A stretch of 64,000 nt of DNA from Magnetococcales bacterium. GTDB taxonomy: Bacteria; Pseudomonadota; Magnetococcia; Magnetococcales; JADGBX01. The position numbers and the translations under genes were made by a program. The stretch is from contig JADGBX010000004.1 in NCBI GenBank assembly GCA_015231265.1, positions 494-64,493 of the forward strand, read 5' to 3'. Positions 20,927-31,739 of the stretch are shown here, in pieces. Positions within the stretch are counted from its first letter, which is position 1; each line of letters starts with the position of its first letter. The notes below the pieces were generated by a model that made no database searches, was not told the DNA's origin, and saw only the letters and a program-made list of their open reading frames with translations.

Positions 20927-23500
20927 ATGACTGAGAAGTACACTCCCCGCACCATTGAAGCCAAATGGCAGACGGAATGGGAAAACAATTCCGTTTTCAA
21001 GGTTGAAGAGACGCCAGACAAGGAGACCTTCTATCTTCTGGTCATGTTCCCCTACCCTTCCGGACGAATCCACATGGGTCACGTCCGTAACTACGCAATC
21101 GGTGATCTGATCGCCCGCTATCAGCGCATGCAGGGTAAGAACGTTCTTCATCCCATGGGTTGGGACGCATTCGGGATGCCTGCAGAGAATGCCGCCATCA
21201 AGCAGAACACCCACCCCGGTGACTGGACCTATAGCAACATCGACACCATGCGCGAAGAGCTGAAAAGCATGGGTCTCTCCTACGATTGGTCCAGGGAGTT
21301 CGCCACCTGCGACCCCGACTACGCCCACTGGGAGCAAGTCCTCTTTCTCAAACTGCATGAAAAGGGGCTGATCTATCGTGAGATGTCCCATGTCAACTGG
21401 GATCCAGTGGATCAAACGGTTCTTGCCAATGAACAGGTGATCGACGGCAAAGGCTGGCGCAGTGGGGCTCCGGTTGAACGCAAAGCGTTGTCACAATGGT
21501 TTTTTCGTATCACCGACTATGCTGAAGAGCTGCTCACCGACATTGAGAAACTGGACGGCTGGCCGGAAACGGTTCGCACCATGCAGACCAATTGGATCGG
21601 CAAGAGTCACGGCGTTGAGTTCTCTTTCACAATCAAGGGTAGGGAGGAGAGACTTCCCGTCTACACCACCCGCGCCGACACCATCATGGGCGTCACTTTC
21701 TGCTCCATCGCCTCCGAACACCCCTTAGCTGTGGAAATTGCCGAAACCAACCCCGAAGCCGCCGCTTTCGTCCGCGAGTGCCAAGCCACCGGCACCAGTG
21801 AAGAGGCTGTTGAGAAACTTGAAAAGAAGGGCTTCGATACCGGTCTGCGTGCCATTCATCCATTTACCGGTGAGGAGGTGCCCATCTTCATTGCCAACTT
21901 CGTCCTGATGGGGTACGGCACCGGCGCGGTTATGGCTGTTCCCGCCCACGACCAAAGAGATTTTGAATTTGCCAAAGCGTATGAAATCCCAATCAAGGTC
22001 GTCATTCAACCGGAAGGGGAAACACTCTCAGGTGAGACTCTGGAAGCCGCCTATACCGGGCCGGGAACACTAACCAACTCTAGACAGTTTGACGGCATTG
22101 ATAACGAAGCCGCCAAACGCACCGTTGCTGAAGCGTTTGAGGCAGAGGGTATCGGCAAAGCAACGGTGAATTTCCGACTGCGCGATTGGGGAGTCTCCCG
22201 ACAGCGGTACTGGGGAAACCCCATCCCAGTGGTTCACTGCCCCAGTTGTGGTGTCGTTCCGGTTCCTGAATCAGACCTTCCCGTCTCTCTTCCTAAAGAG
22301 GTGGAGCTGACGGGATCCGGCAATCCTCTGGATCGTCACCCCACATGGAAACAGACCACATGCCCCAGTTGTGGTGCTGATGCAGTGCGGGAAACGGACA
22401 CCATGGATACCTTCATGGAGTCCTCCTGGTACTTCCTGCGCTACTGCTGTGCTGATTTGAACAGCGCTCCGCTCGATCGGGCTCGGGTAGATCACTGGAT
22501 GCCTGTGAACCAATATGTGGGTGGAATCGAACATGCAGTTCTGCACCTGCTCTATGCGCGCTTCTTCCACAAAGCGCTCCGTGATGTCGGGCTTGTGAGT
22601 TGTGACGAACCCTTCACCAAACTGCTTACACAAGGCATGGTTCGAAAAGATACGCACACCTGTCCCGAACATGGCTGGCGCTACCCCAGTGAAGTCAAGG
22701 AAGAGCGTGGGAGACTGTTCTGCATAGAGTGTGGAGCGGAAATCTCCGTTGGACGCAATGAAAAGATGTCCAAAAGCAAACACAATGTGGTGGATCCCAA
22801 CGATCTGATCAAAGGGTATGGCGCCGATACGGCCCGTCTCTTCATGCTCTTTGCCGCTCCTCCTGAACGAGATCTAGAGTGGAATGACAGCGGTGTGGAT
22901 GGTGCATGGCGGTTTCTCAATCGGCTTTGGCGCCTTGTCGTTGATGTGGCGTCACGGACAGAGGAGATCGCTCCGGCGACTGAGATGCCCAAGGATCCAG
23001 CCCTCAAAAAACTGCGAAGCAAACTGCACGCGACCATTGCTAAAGTGACCGAGGATATCGAACGCCAGTCATTCAATACCGGGATCGCTGCAGTAATGGA
23101 GCTGGTTAATGAAGCCTCTCCCTTCCTGCAAAACAAAAAGGCCGACACGATAACGCTCTCCATTCTACGTGAGATTGCTGAGGTGGCTATTCTCCTCCTC
23201 CATCCCTACTCACCGCATATTACAGAAGAGTTGTCACGCACTCTTGGTCACACAGGGTATGTTTCTCAGAAAGCGTGGCCAAGAGCCGATGCCAAAGCAC
23301 TGGTCAAAGAGGAGATGACCATCGTGGTTCAAGTAAATGGAAAACTCAGAGGCAGGCTCACCGTCGCTGCAGACACCGACCAGAAAACTCTTGAAACATT
23401 GGCTCAGGAAGATGCCAAAGTTGTTCCCCATCTGGAGGGCAAGAGTGTGCGAAAAGTGATTGTCGTTCCCGGCCGACTCATCAACATCGTAGCTGGATGA
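20927..23500 (+). CDS. leuS: Leucine--tRNA ligase
   Basis: FPYPSGRIHMGH (HIGH), KMSKS, editing domain; start moved to MTEKYTP after a GAGG RBS. Confidence 0.98.
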   Translation: MTEKYTPRTIEAKWQTEWENNSVFKVEETPDKETFYLLVMFPYPSGRIHMGHVRNYAIGDLIARYQRMQGKNVLHPMGWDAFGMPAENAAIKQNTHPGDWTYSNIDTMREELKSMGLSYDWSREFATCDPDYAHWEQVLFLKLHEKGLIYREMSHVNWDPVDQTVLANEQVIDGKGWRSGAPVERKALSQWFFRITDYAEELLTDIEKLDGWPETVRTMQTNWIGKSHGVEFSFTIKGREERLPVYTTRADTIMGVTFCSIASEHPLAVEIAETNPEAAAFVRECQATGTSEEAVEKLEKKGFDTGLRAIHPFTGEEVPIFIANFVLMGYGTGAVMAVPAHDQRDFEFAKAYEIPIKVVIQPEGETLSGETLEAAYTGPGTLTNSRQFDGIDNEAAKRTVAEAFEAEGIGKATVNFRLRDWGVSRQRYWGNPIPVVHCPSCGVVPVPESDLPVSLPKEVELTGSGNPLDRHPTWKQTTCPSCGADAVRETDTMDTFMESSWYFLRYCCADLNSAPLDRARVDHWMPVNQYVGGIEHAVLHLLYARFFHKALRDVGLVSCDEPFTKLLTQGMVRKDTHTCPEHGWRYPSEVKEERGRLFCIECGAEISVGRNEKMSKSKHNVVDPNDLIKGYGADTARLFMLFAAPPERDLEWNDSGVDGAWRFLNRLWRLVVDVASRTEEIAPATEMPKDPALKKLRSKLHATIAKVTEDIERQSFNTGIAAVMELVNEASPFLQNKKADTITLSILREIAEVAILLLHPYSPHITEELSRTLGHTGYVSQKAWPRADAKALVKEEMTIVVQVNGKLRGRLTVAADTDQKTLETLAQEDAKVVPHLEGKSVRKVIVVPGRLINIVAG

Positions 23501-24048
23501 CTGCCATGACTCCCCAACGAAACACGTCACGCTCCTCCGATTCATTCAGGCTCTGGTGGACACTCCTGCTGCTACCACTGCTTTCCGGGTGTGGTTACGC
23601 TTTTCCCGGCGCGGTAGCCAAGCGGACGATTCCTGGTCTGGAAAGTGGGTTTCTCATTGTCAGCGGGCCAGGCACAATTTCGTCACCACTGCTGTCTCAA
23701 TCTTTAAAATACCAACTAAAAACGCGCTTGGGTCTCCAAATTGCTGACCCCGATAAATCACTGGACGATGTTCCGCATCTGCTGATCTCCCTGAACCGTC
23801 TGCAACAGGACAAGCTAATCGAGGACTCACTGGGCAGAGCTGATAAATACCGAGTCCAGATTACCGGTACGCCGACCATCAAGATTCCTGGCACCAAACC
23901 CACAGTCATGCCATCGATCACTGGTGAGACGACCTATTTTGAATCCCATGAAAGCACAACGAGCCTTACACTGAAAAAACAGGCGGGTATTGAAGCGGTT
24001 GAGGCACTCATCGAAAAGCTGTTGGTGCAATTGACCGGCAATTCGTAG
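23497..24048 (+). CDS. Probable LPS assembly lipoprotein LptE-like
   Basis: Lipobox LLSGCGY; conserved leuS-lptE-holA position; sequence divergent. Confidence 0.65.
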   Translation: MTAMTPQRNTSRSSDSFRLWWTLLLLPLLSGCGYAFPGAVAKRTIPGLESGFLIVSGPGTISSPLLSQSLKYQLKTRLGLQIADPDKSLDDVPHLLISLNRLQQDKLIEDSLGRADKYRVQITGTPTIKIPGTKPTVMPSITGETTYFESHESTTSLTLKKQAGIEAVEALIEKLLVQLTGNS

Positions 24049-24066
24049 AGAGCGGCTCCCCTCCTC

Positions 24067-25074
24067 GTGAAATTGAAACCCAATGCCATCCGGAGCATGA
24101 AACCGGACGCCCCACCCGCAGCGATTCTGCTCTACGGTTCTGAACAGGGGAAGATTCAGGAAGAGGCCGAGGCGATCAAGCGGATCGTCTTGGGTGATGG
24201 CGATGAAACCTTCTCTCTGGCAATCTTTCATGCCACAGAGCTTGATGAAGAGCAGTTCGCCACCACCTGCCGGGAGATCCCCTTCCTCACACCACGGCGT
24301 CTCGTCTGGTTGAAGGCAACAGAATCGCTGGACGTTCACGCTCGTAAACGGCTTGTCGAGTATCTCAAGGATCCTGTCCTGAGCACTGTACTGCTGATGA
24401 CAGGGGATGCTTTGGAGGCGAACAATCCTCTCCGACGATCCATGGAGCGCAATAAAAAGGGGTGGTGTATCCCTTTCTACCCTCTTGAGGGTGGAGCATT
24501 CGTACAGTGGGTACGCAGTCGATTGTCCAAGGCAAGAGTCGCCATAGAACCCGATGCCCTTCAGTTTCTCTCCCACCACCTTGAAGGCAATACAGCTATT
24601 GCAGAAGGTGAATTGGAGAAGGTGATTCTACGGGTCGGCAACGATCGAACCATTCGCCTTAACGACCTTGACGCCCTCTCCAAAGGACTCCAGGAGACAG
24701 ACAAGTTCTCTTGGGTAACCAGCTGCTTCAATGGCAAGATTTCTGAAACCATTCACGACCTTGACCAACTCCTGGATGCAGGAGAGGCACCCCTGGCATT
24801 ACTGGGGCTCTATCTACGCCATCTGCGCCGCCTGATCGAAGGACGAGACTATCTGAGACAGGGTAAACAGCCTAAAGTGATCGCCAGAAAGATGCGTGTA
24901 TTCTGGAAAGAGGAATCCATCTTTTTCAGCCAGTGTAAACGCTGGAACAATCGTGATCTGGCCCAGTTGATCCTTCACTGCCAATCTCTGGATTTTGAGC
25001 TGCGGCATTCTGCAAAACAGTCAAGGCAGCTTATGCATGCATTGGTCTTCAAAACAGCACGACTGCTTGAATAG
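24067..25074 (+). CDS. holA: DNA polymerase III delta subunit
   Basis: LLYGSEQG, PFL..RRLV, ELEK motifs; follows leuS-lptE. Confidence 0.9.
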   Translation: MKLKPNAIRSMKPDAPPAAILLYGSEQGKIQEEAEAIKRIVLGDGDETFSLAIFHATELDEEQFATTCREIPFLTPRRLVWLKATESLDVHARKRLVEYLKDPVLSTVLLMTGDALEANNPLRRSMERNKKGWCIPFYPLEGGAFVQWVRSRLSKARVAIEPDALQFLSHHLEGNTAIAEGELEKVILRVGNDRTIRLNDLDALSKGLQETDKFSWVTSCFNGKISETIHDLDQLLDAGEAPLALLGLYLRHLRRLIEGRDYLRQGKQPKVIARKMRVFWKEESIFFSQCKRWNNRDLAQLILHCQSLDFELRHSAKQSRQLMHALVFKTARLLE

Positions 25075-25122
25075 TTTCCGAGAACACGCTCTAGGGCGTG
25101 TCTTCAATTAGCCCAAACAGCC

Positions 25123-25163
25123 GCAACAAAAAAACCCGGACACCATCCGGGTTTTTTTGTTGC
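25123..25163. terminator. Bidirectional Rho-independent terminator
   Basis: Perfect 18-bp stem GCAACAAAAAAACCCGGA-cacca-TCCGGGTTTTTTTGTTGC between convergent genes. Confidence 0.9.
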
Positions 25164-25197
25164 CTGCTGAATAATCAAGGACCCCTACTGGAAAACC

Positions 25198-26136
25198 TCA
25201 ACCATCACGTGTGATCTGGTCGATCAACTCCTGAAGCGCTTCGGGAGCCCGATCGTTTTCCACCTGGCAAGTGCCGGCATTGGCGTGACCACCCCCTCCA
25301 TATTTCAAGGCCAACATACCGATATTCGTCTTGGAGGTGCGATTGAGTATCGATTTACCGATGGCAAACACCGTGTTCATCTTCTTCAATCCCCAAAGCA
25401 CATGGATGGAGATGTTGGTATCAGGAAACAGAGCATAGATCATGAACCTGTTACCTGCCCAAATGGTCTCCTCCTCACGCAGATCCAGTATCACCAGATT
25501 ATCATGAACCGTGGAGCACCGTTTTAACTGCTCCTTGAACTTCTCACCATGCTCCAGATAGAGATCGACGCGCTCCTTAACATCCGGCAAGGCAAGGATC
25601 TCATCGATATCATGCTCGCGACAGAAGTCGATGAGCTGCATCATCAATTCATAGTTAGAGATCCTGAATGTACGGAAACGGCCCAGACCGGTTCTGGCAT
25701 CCATCAAGAAATTCATCAAGTCCCAACCACCCGGATTGAGAATCTCATCACGATTGAACTGAGCCGAGTCCCCCTTGTCCACCGCCTCCATCATATCGAC
25801 TGAGACTCTTGGGAATCCTTTGGCACCGTCATAGTGGTCGTAGACCACTCGGGCCGCCGAAGGCGCCTCAGGATCAATGATGTGGTTCTCAGGTTTTTCA
25901 CTGCCACGGCGAACTGTCTCACTCTCGTGGTGGTCAAACGCCAGATGAACGCCCTCAACATAAGGAAGATTGGTGGTGATATCACGATCAGTGATGTCGA
26001 TCTTTCCATCCTGCATATCCTTGGGATGCACGAACTTGATGGAGTCTATGAGATCCAGCTCCTTCATTAACACGGCGCAGACCAAGCCGTCAAAATCACT
26101 TCTGGTCACCAATCGATACTTCTCACCCTTCGCCAT
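25198..26136 (-). CDS. DHH-family phosphoesterase (commonly labelled exopolyphosphatase; nanoRNase/pAp phosphatase-like)
   Basis: TRSDFDG, FDHH, GGGGHANAG; start moved to MAKGEKYRLV. Confidence 0.85.
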   Translation of the reverse strand: MAKGEKYRLVTRSDFDGLVCAVLMKELDLIDSIKFVHPKDMQDGKIDITDRDITTNLPYVEGVHLAFDHHESETVRRGSEKPENHIIDPEAPSAARVVYDHYDGAKGFPRVSVDMMEAVDKGDSAQFNRDEILNPGGWDLMNFLMDARTGLGRFRTFRISNYELMMQLIDFCREHDIDEILALPDVKERVDLYLEHGEKFKEQLKRCSTVHDNLVILDLREEETIWAGNRFMIYALFPDTNISIHVLWGLKKMNTVFAIGKSILNRTSKTNIGMLALKYGGGGHANAGTCQVENDRAPEALQELIDQITRDG

Positions 26137-26303
26137 GGCTCTGCTCCATTGTATTCCGTGGATATTCGACAATGCGTCTGGAAATCGTTCCAACCTATTT
26201 GCTATAGCCTCTATTACTTCGTCGCTTTCAGTGCATCCACTCTAGCGAATCGGAGACAATCTTGAAACCGATTTTTTTGAATCATGCCATATGCCGGGCA
26301 GGA

Positions 26304-28577
26304 TTAAGGTCGGATGAGAAACCAGCAGTAATGGATATCGGGGCGCCGTTTGAAATCCGGGTGAAGCGTCTCTCGATGCATGGGCTGAACTTTGACGGAA
26401 CTGTTCTCTTCACCACGACTCTGCCACTGAAACGTGAATGAGCGGCTGTTGGTAGAAAAAACAAGCGTGCCTCCTGGGGCCAGAAGTGCAAGGGCTCGGT
26501 CGATCAGTTGCGGGTGATCACGATTGATGTCGAAAACAGTCTCTGTCCGCTTGGAGTTGGAAAAGGTCGGAGGATCAAGAAAAATCAGATCATATCGGTG
26601 ATCACAACTCTCGAGCCAAGTCAGACAATCCTGCTGTTCAAAACGGTGCTGCTCGCCGGTGAAACCGTTGATGCGCATGTTACGTTCCGCCCAGGCAAGA
26701 TAGACGGGAGAGAGATCTACCGTTGTAGTTTCTCGAGCACCGCCATCTGCCGCATAGACCGTTGCACTGCCGGTGTAAGCAAAGAGATTCAGGAACCGTG
26801 CATTGTGTGCTCTCTCACGAATCATCGCCCGAACGGGACGATGATCAAGAAAGAGCCCGGTGTCGAGATAGTCTGTGAAATTGAGTTGAAACCGCAAGCC
26901 CCCCTCCTCCACCTCGTGAACCCGTCTCTCCTCGTCAAGTTTCCGATACTGCTTGGCTCCCTTCTGGCGCTGACGCATTTTGAAGAACAGATTGCCGGAC
27001 GCAACCTGAAGCTGCTTCCGTATCACGGCCAGAGCATCAGCCCGCCGTTTCAGGGCGGCCTTGGGGTCGATCCCTTTTGGAGCGTGATACTCCTGAACAT
27101 GAACCCACTCGCCATAACAATCGACAGCGAAATTGAACTCAGGCATATCCGCATCATAGAGCCGATAGCAGCTCACCTCTTCACGACGCAGCCATTTTTT
27201 TAGCTGTTTTGCATTTTTTGCCAATCTGTTTCCAAACATGCGGGCTTGGGCATTCTCGGCATCACCTCGGGCTAGGAGCTCCTCCACGGAAGGTGGCTGT
27301 GTGGCTTGGTGCCTCGTAGCCCCCTGCCCTGTTCTCCTCTGAGAAGAGGGATGAGAACGCTCTTGATAGCGGCTCTGCGGCCCCTTTCCAGAGGATTGAG
27401 ACTGTGTCACCGGGGTTAAACCAATGAAGGAGACCGCCCCTTCCATGGGACCATTGCGCATGGCAACAGTCTGTCTTGGAGAAACGGGCCACCCCTGATA
27501 AGCCTCGTTCCTGGTGGTGTAAACGGCACCACAACTGGTCGCACTCTTGGCAAAAAGGGTTCCGAGACGCCGATAGAGCTGAGTAAGGTCGTCCTGACCA
27601 CTGAGTCGCTGTCCATAGGGAGGATTGGTAACGAGAACGCGACTTTTGAATCGACTCCAATGGCGCTCCCAGCCTTTGGCATCCGGCATGGAACGACATG
27701 CAAGCGAGATTACATCCTCCAACCCGGCCTGGGTAACATTCCGAGTTGCCGCGGCAATGGCGCGACGATCATGATCACTTCCCAGAATCGGTGGAATCTT
27801 TTCCAGGCCCTTTTCACTTCTCTCCTCAGCCTCGCTCCTTATCCTCTTCCAGATCTGCGAATCGTAGCCGGACCAGTGCTGAATACCATAAGCATCCCTC
27901 AACAGTCCCGGAGCCATATCCGCCGCCATCATCGCCCCTTCGATGAGAAATGTTCCGGAGCCACACATGGGATCGGCAAGTGCCCAACCCTCTCGGGCTC
28001 TCTCCGGCCATCCGGCCATGAGTAGAATGCCCGCCGCCAAGGTTTCACGCATGGGTGCAATACCGGTCTCTTTGCGATACCCCCGCCTGTGTAGGCGCTC
28101 TCCTGAGAGATCGATTCCCAGATCGGCTCTGGCGCCTTGTATGTGGACAAAGATCCGAATATCGGGAGAACGGAGATTCACGGAAGGACGCTCTCCACGT
28201 AGCTCCCGCAGCCGATCAACAAACGCATCCTTCACTTTGAGCGCTGTGAAACCCGTATGCCTCAGTTGGGCATTGGTTCCGGTCGCTTCCACAGCAAAGG
28301 TGGCATCCGGGGGCAGATGCTCTTCCCACGGGAGCTCCTTGACGGTCTCATAGAGAGCTTCAGCACTCTCTGCTGCTCCTGAGGCGAGCACCAACAGAAC
28401 CCGCTCCGCTGTTCTCAGCCAGAGAAGAGCCCGATAGATCGTTTCATCATCGGCCTCGAAACGGACCCCCAACCGTCGTTGACGGATCTTCGATGCACCT
28501 AAATGGGAGAGTTCAAGAGCCAGGACGGACTCCAACCCTGAGGAAGTGGTGGCAAACAGGGAAAGAGACATGGACAC
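26304..28577 (-). CDS. rlmKL: Bifunctional 23S rRNA methyltransferase RlmKL
   Basis: THUMP region, LHRRGYR, DPMCGSGT, TNPPYG; RLYDADMPE, YLDTGLFLDHR, LNLFAYTG, DPPTFSNSK. Confidence 0.95.
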   Translation of the reverse strand: MSMSLSLFATTSSGLESVLALELSHLGASKIRQRRLGVRFEADDETIYRALLWLRTAERVLLVLASGAAESAEALYETVKELPWEEHLPPDATFAVEATGTNAQLRHTGFTALKVKDAFVDRLRELRGERPSVNLRSPDIRIFVHIQGARADLGIDLSGERLHRRGYRKETGIAPMRETLAAGILLMAGWPERAREGWALADPMCGSGTFLIEGAMMAADMAPGLLRDAYGIQHWSGYDSQIWKRIRSEAEERSEKGLEKIPPILGSDHDRRAIAAATRNVTQAGLEDVISLACRSMPDAKGWERHWSRFKSRVLVTNPPYGQRLSGQDDLTQLYRRLGTLFAKSATSCGAVYTTRNEAYQGWPVSPRQTVAMRNGPMEGAVSFIGLTPVTQSQSSGKGPQSRYQERSHPSSQRRTGQGATRHQATQPPSVEELLARGDAENAQARMFGNRLAKNAKQLKKWLRREEVSCYRLYDADMPEFNFAVDCYGEWVHVQEYHAPKGIDPKAALKRRADALAVIRKQLQVASGNLFFKMRQRQKGAKQYRKLDEERRVHEVEEGGLRFQLNFTDYLDTGLFLDHRPVRAMIRERAHNARFLNLFAYTGSATVYAADGGARETTTVDLSPVYLAWAERNMRINGFTGEQHRFEQQDCLTWLESCDHRYDLIFLDPPTFSNSKRTETVFDINRDHPQLIDRALALLAPGGTLVFSTNSRSFTFQWQSRGEENSSVKVQPMHRETLHPDFKRRPDIHYCWFLIRP

Positions 28578-28630
28578 TTATCCGGGAAACAGAGGAGCCG
28601 TCTGGCTACGATGGAAACGCAGACGGAGAG

Positions 28631-30484
28631 TCAGGAGACTTTTCGAATCTCTTTGGGGACGATGATCAGCTCTTCGTTGACTTCATTGGCAGCTTCAAAC
28701 TCCGGTGTCAGGCAGAAGTCACCGCTACCAACACACTCCAATTCAAAAAAGACACCATGATCACAACGCTTGCACTTCTCGCGATCCAAGTGCTGCGTCA
28801 CGATGGTGCGAATCGCTTCTGACTTGGACCGAAACACCTTGTCTGAGCCGATATGCTTGATATGACCACTGCGCTTGAACATGGTCATCACCTGATCACG
28901 CACGGCGCACAGGAAGAGATTCCCCCCCTTGTCGTGGCGTTTCTCCGCCTCATGCCGCAACATCTCGACACCGGCCACATCGATGAAGTTGATCCCACTG
29001 GAGACGATCAGAAGCTGTTTCTGTTGAGCGTTACCTACCGTCATGCAGTGAAGAATCTCCTCGACATGATTGACAGCCCCGAAAAAGAGCGCTCCTTCAA
29101 TGGCGACGATCTTCAATTGGGGACACTCTTTATGAGTCTTTGCATGCACCAGATGCCGCACGCCCGTCGGATTTGGATTGGGAACCAGACTGACGATACG
29201 TGGGGCTGCCGCTTTACTCAGGTAGATCACCAGAGAGAGCATCACACCAACATAGATCGCCAACTCCAGATGGAGCAGCAACGTGGCGCCAAATGTTACC
29301 ACCATCACAGCCGCTTCCGATTCACTGGTACGAACGATCATGCGTATGTGGTGAAACTCGATGAGATTATAGGCGACCAGAAGGATGACACCCGCCATGG
29401 CAGCAATCGGCAGATACGCTGCAAGCGGTGCGATGAGCAAAACGATCAGCATCAACGGAACTGCTGCAAACACGGCAGAAATCGGCGTCTGTGCCCCTGC
29501 CCTGAAGTTGACGCCTGAGCGAGTAAAAGAACCCGACGAGGGGTAGCTGGAGAAGAAACTACCGACAATATTGGAAAGACCCTGACCAATGAACTCCTGA
29601 TTACCGTTGATGCGCTGTCTCGATTGCAGAGAAACGGAACGGGCGATGGAGACCGCTTCTATCAGTCCCAACAGGGCAATCGCCAATGCACCGGAGGCGA
29701 GATCACTCCAGATTTTCGCATCCCATGTCGGTGAGGAGAGCGGTGGCAGGCTGGCTGGTAGTGCCCCAACGAGTTGTATCCCCGCGTCCTCTCCACCAAG
29801 CACCAGAGCAGTCACGCTGCCACCGACCATGGCAATGAGCATACCCGGCCATCGAGGCGCAACTATACGCAGTACAACGGCAATACCCAATGTGACACTT
29901 CCCGTCAAAACCACGCTGAGGTTGGCATCAGGGAGTCGTATGAACACTTCGTGGAGCGTCGCAACAAAACTGAGCCCCCCAGGCAGCTCAATACCCAGGA
30001 AATGCTTCAACTGGCTTGAGGCAATCAGAATAGCCGCACCACTGGTGAAACCGACCACCACCGAGTGGGAGACGAAATTCACCAACGTTCCCATCCGGGC
30101 TAAACCCAACGCCAGCTGAAACAGGCCAACCATGATGGCCAACGTCAATGCCATACCGATAAATGGGTCACTGCCAGGAGTCGCCATTGGGGCGAGCGTC
30201 GAGTAGACAACGATGGAGATCGCAGTCGTCGGCCCGGAAACCAGATGGTGAGAGGAGCCAAAAAGCGCCGCAATGATCGCAGGGATCATTGCCGTATAGA
30301 GACCAAACTGGGGAGGAAGCCCTGCAATTGCTGCAAAAGCGACTCCCTGGGGTAGAACAATGACCGCACCTGTCAGGCCAGCAAAGAGATCTTGACGGAG
30401 GGTTTTGCGGTTGACGCGAGGCATCCAGCGACGAAATGGGAACACTTCGGCCCAGGCCATACTACAGACTGTGTTCTCCTTCAC
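28631..30484 (-). CDS. SulP/SLC26 family inorganic anion transporter with STAS domain
   Basis: DLFAGLTGA..LPQGVAFA, GLYTA, SGPT, NQEFIGQG, SGSFTRS; STAS GALFFGA..INFID. Confidence 0.93.
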   Translation of the reverse strand: MKENTVCSMAWAEVFPFRRWMPRVNRKTLRQDLFAGLTGAVIVLPQGVAFAAIAGLPPQFGLYTAMIPAIIAALFGSSHHLVSGPTTAISIVVYSTLAPMATPGSDPFIGMALTLAIMVGLFQLALGLARMGTLVNFVSHSVVVGFTSGAAILIASSQLKHFLGIELPGGLSFVATLHEVFIRLPDANLSVVLTGSVTLGIAVVLRIVAPRWPGMLIAMVGGSVTALVLGGEDAGIQLVGALPASLPPLSSPTWDAKIWSDLASGALAIALLGLIEAVSIARSVSLQSRQRINGNQEFIGQGLSNIVGSFFSSYPSSGSFTRSGVNFRAGAQTPISAVFAAVPLMLIVLLIAPLAAYLPIAAMAGVILLVAYNLIEFHHIRMIVRTSESEAAVMVVTFGATLLLHLELAIYVGVMLSLVIYLSKAAAPRIVSLVPNPNPTGVRHLVHAKTHKECPQLKIVAIEGALFFGAVNHVEEILHCMTVGNAQQKQLLIVSSGINFIDVAGVEMLRHEAEKRHDKGGNLFLCAVRDQVMTMFKRSGHIKHIGSDKVFRSKSEAIRTIVTQHLDREKCKRCDHGVFFELECVGSGDFCLTPEFEAANEVNEELIIVPKEIRKVS

Positions 30485-30767
30485 ATTATACTCCGTCTTC
30501 TGGATTTTCTCTCAAACATGGTCCTGGATTCCAAACCCCCCATACAGAAAATAACTGGTATCTGTCACCGCCGAAGAGCGTCACGAAGACCACTGTGGCC
30601 TGGACGCTCTGCTGGCTTGTTGCTTTAACGATTGTTTCTGGAGAGCAGCCACTATTATTTGGTTCCCTGCATATGGTCTGCACTCGCTCGTTGTCAAATG
30701 AAGGTCTAAATCATTCAACAGCACATATCGTGTGACTGTGAGGATGCTCCGTAACGTGTTCGATCAC

Positions 30768-31715
30768 TTAACGGGCAATCATCACCGATGTCTCCGAGTG
30801 CTCCAGCACCCGCAACACCGTACTACCTGAAAGAAGACGCTCAAGATCTCCAAGACCACTATCGGAAAGGACGATCACCGAGTGGTGCTTTCCTTCACCG
30901 ATGATCTCAGAGACTATGTTGCCGATTCGGATTTCACTCTTATGCGGCTTGATACCCACCTCTTTCAACGCATTCGTTGCTTCGAGGATTGAGTCTTTGG
31001 CGTGATCCACCCGTTGTTCATCCTCAGCAACGGCAAGCAGAGAGACGGGACACTCGCATCTGTCGGAAATCATCGCATCTCGTTTGACGGCTTCAATACT
31101 GCTTTTCGAACCATCGACACAGATCAAGTGGCCTTTGCCCTCTTCAATCTCTCTGGCGACCAATACGGAACAGGGCGCTTTCACAGCCAATTGTAGTGCA
31201 AGAGGAGTGACGCCGAAAATCTTGTCGAAACGATTTCTGGTCCGACCGGAAGCACCGACGATGATAAGATCGTGGTCGCCATCTTTCTGCTGTTCCAGAA
31301 CACCGGCAAGGATGTCAGAGGCCACCTTCAAGCGCAGGCGGATCTTCTTCCCCATCGTGTTCTGATATTCGATCATATGATCACCGAGAGGATCACCACG
31401 AACGTCACTATGTGTCGTGCGCTCATCCCAATCCTCTTCCATCTGGCCAAGTTCGACCAGCATGTCGCGACCTTTCTTAAGGTAGCGAATGCCGGGCAGC
31501 TCAAGCCCCCACTCAAGGATATTCTCTCGAGCAACTCTCACCTGCATGCCGCCGATCATACCTTGATCGACCTTACGCACGTAAAGAAGCGTGATGTCTG
31601 CATCCATCCCCTGACCGAGTCGTGCTGCGTAGCGCACACCACGGTAGGATTCATCTGATCCATCGGTGCAGATCAGAATGCGAAAGCGCGTTTCCGAGTC
31701 CGTTTCCTGAGTCAT
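30768..31715 (-). CDS. Tandem universal stress protein (two USP domains)
   Basis: ILICTDGSDES, DLIIVGASG, PCSVLVAR; LICVDGS, LLSGST..VL...SVMIAR. Confidence 0.88.
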   Translation of the reverse strand: MTQETDSETRFRILICTDGSDESYRGVRYAARLGQGMDADITLLYVRKVDQGMIGGMQVRVARENILEWGLELPGIRYLKKGRDMLVELGQMEEDWDERTTHSDVRGDPLGDHMIEYQNTMGKKIRLRLKVASDILAGVLEQQKDGDHDLIIVGASGRTRNRFDKIFGVTPLALQLAVKAPCSVLVAREIEEGKGHLICVDGSKSSIEAVKRDAMISDRCECPVSLLAVAEDEQRVDHAKDSILEATNALKEVGIKPHKSEIRIGNIVSEIIGEGKHHSVIVLSDSGLGDLERLLSGSTVLRVLEHSETSVMIAR

Positions 31716-31739
31716 GACGTCAAGGTTCCCTCAAAGAGA

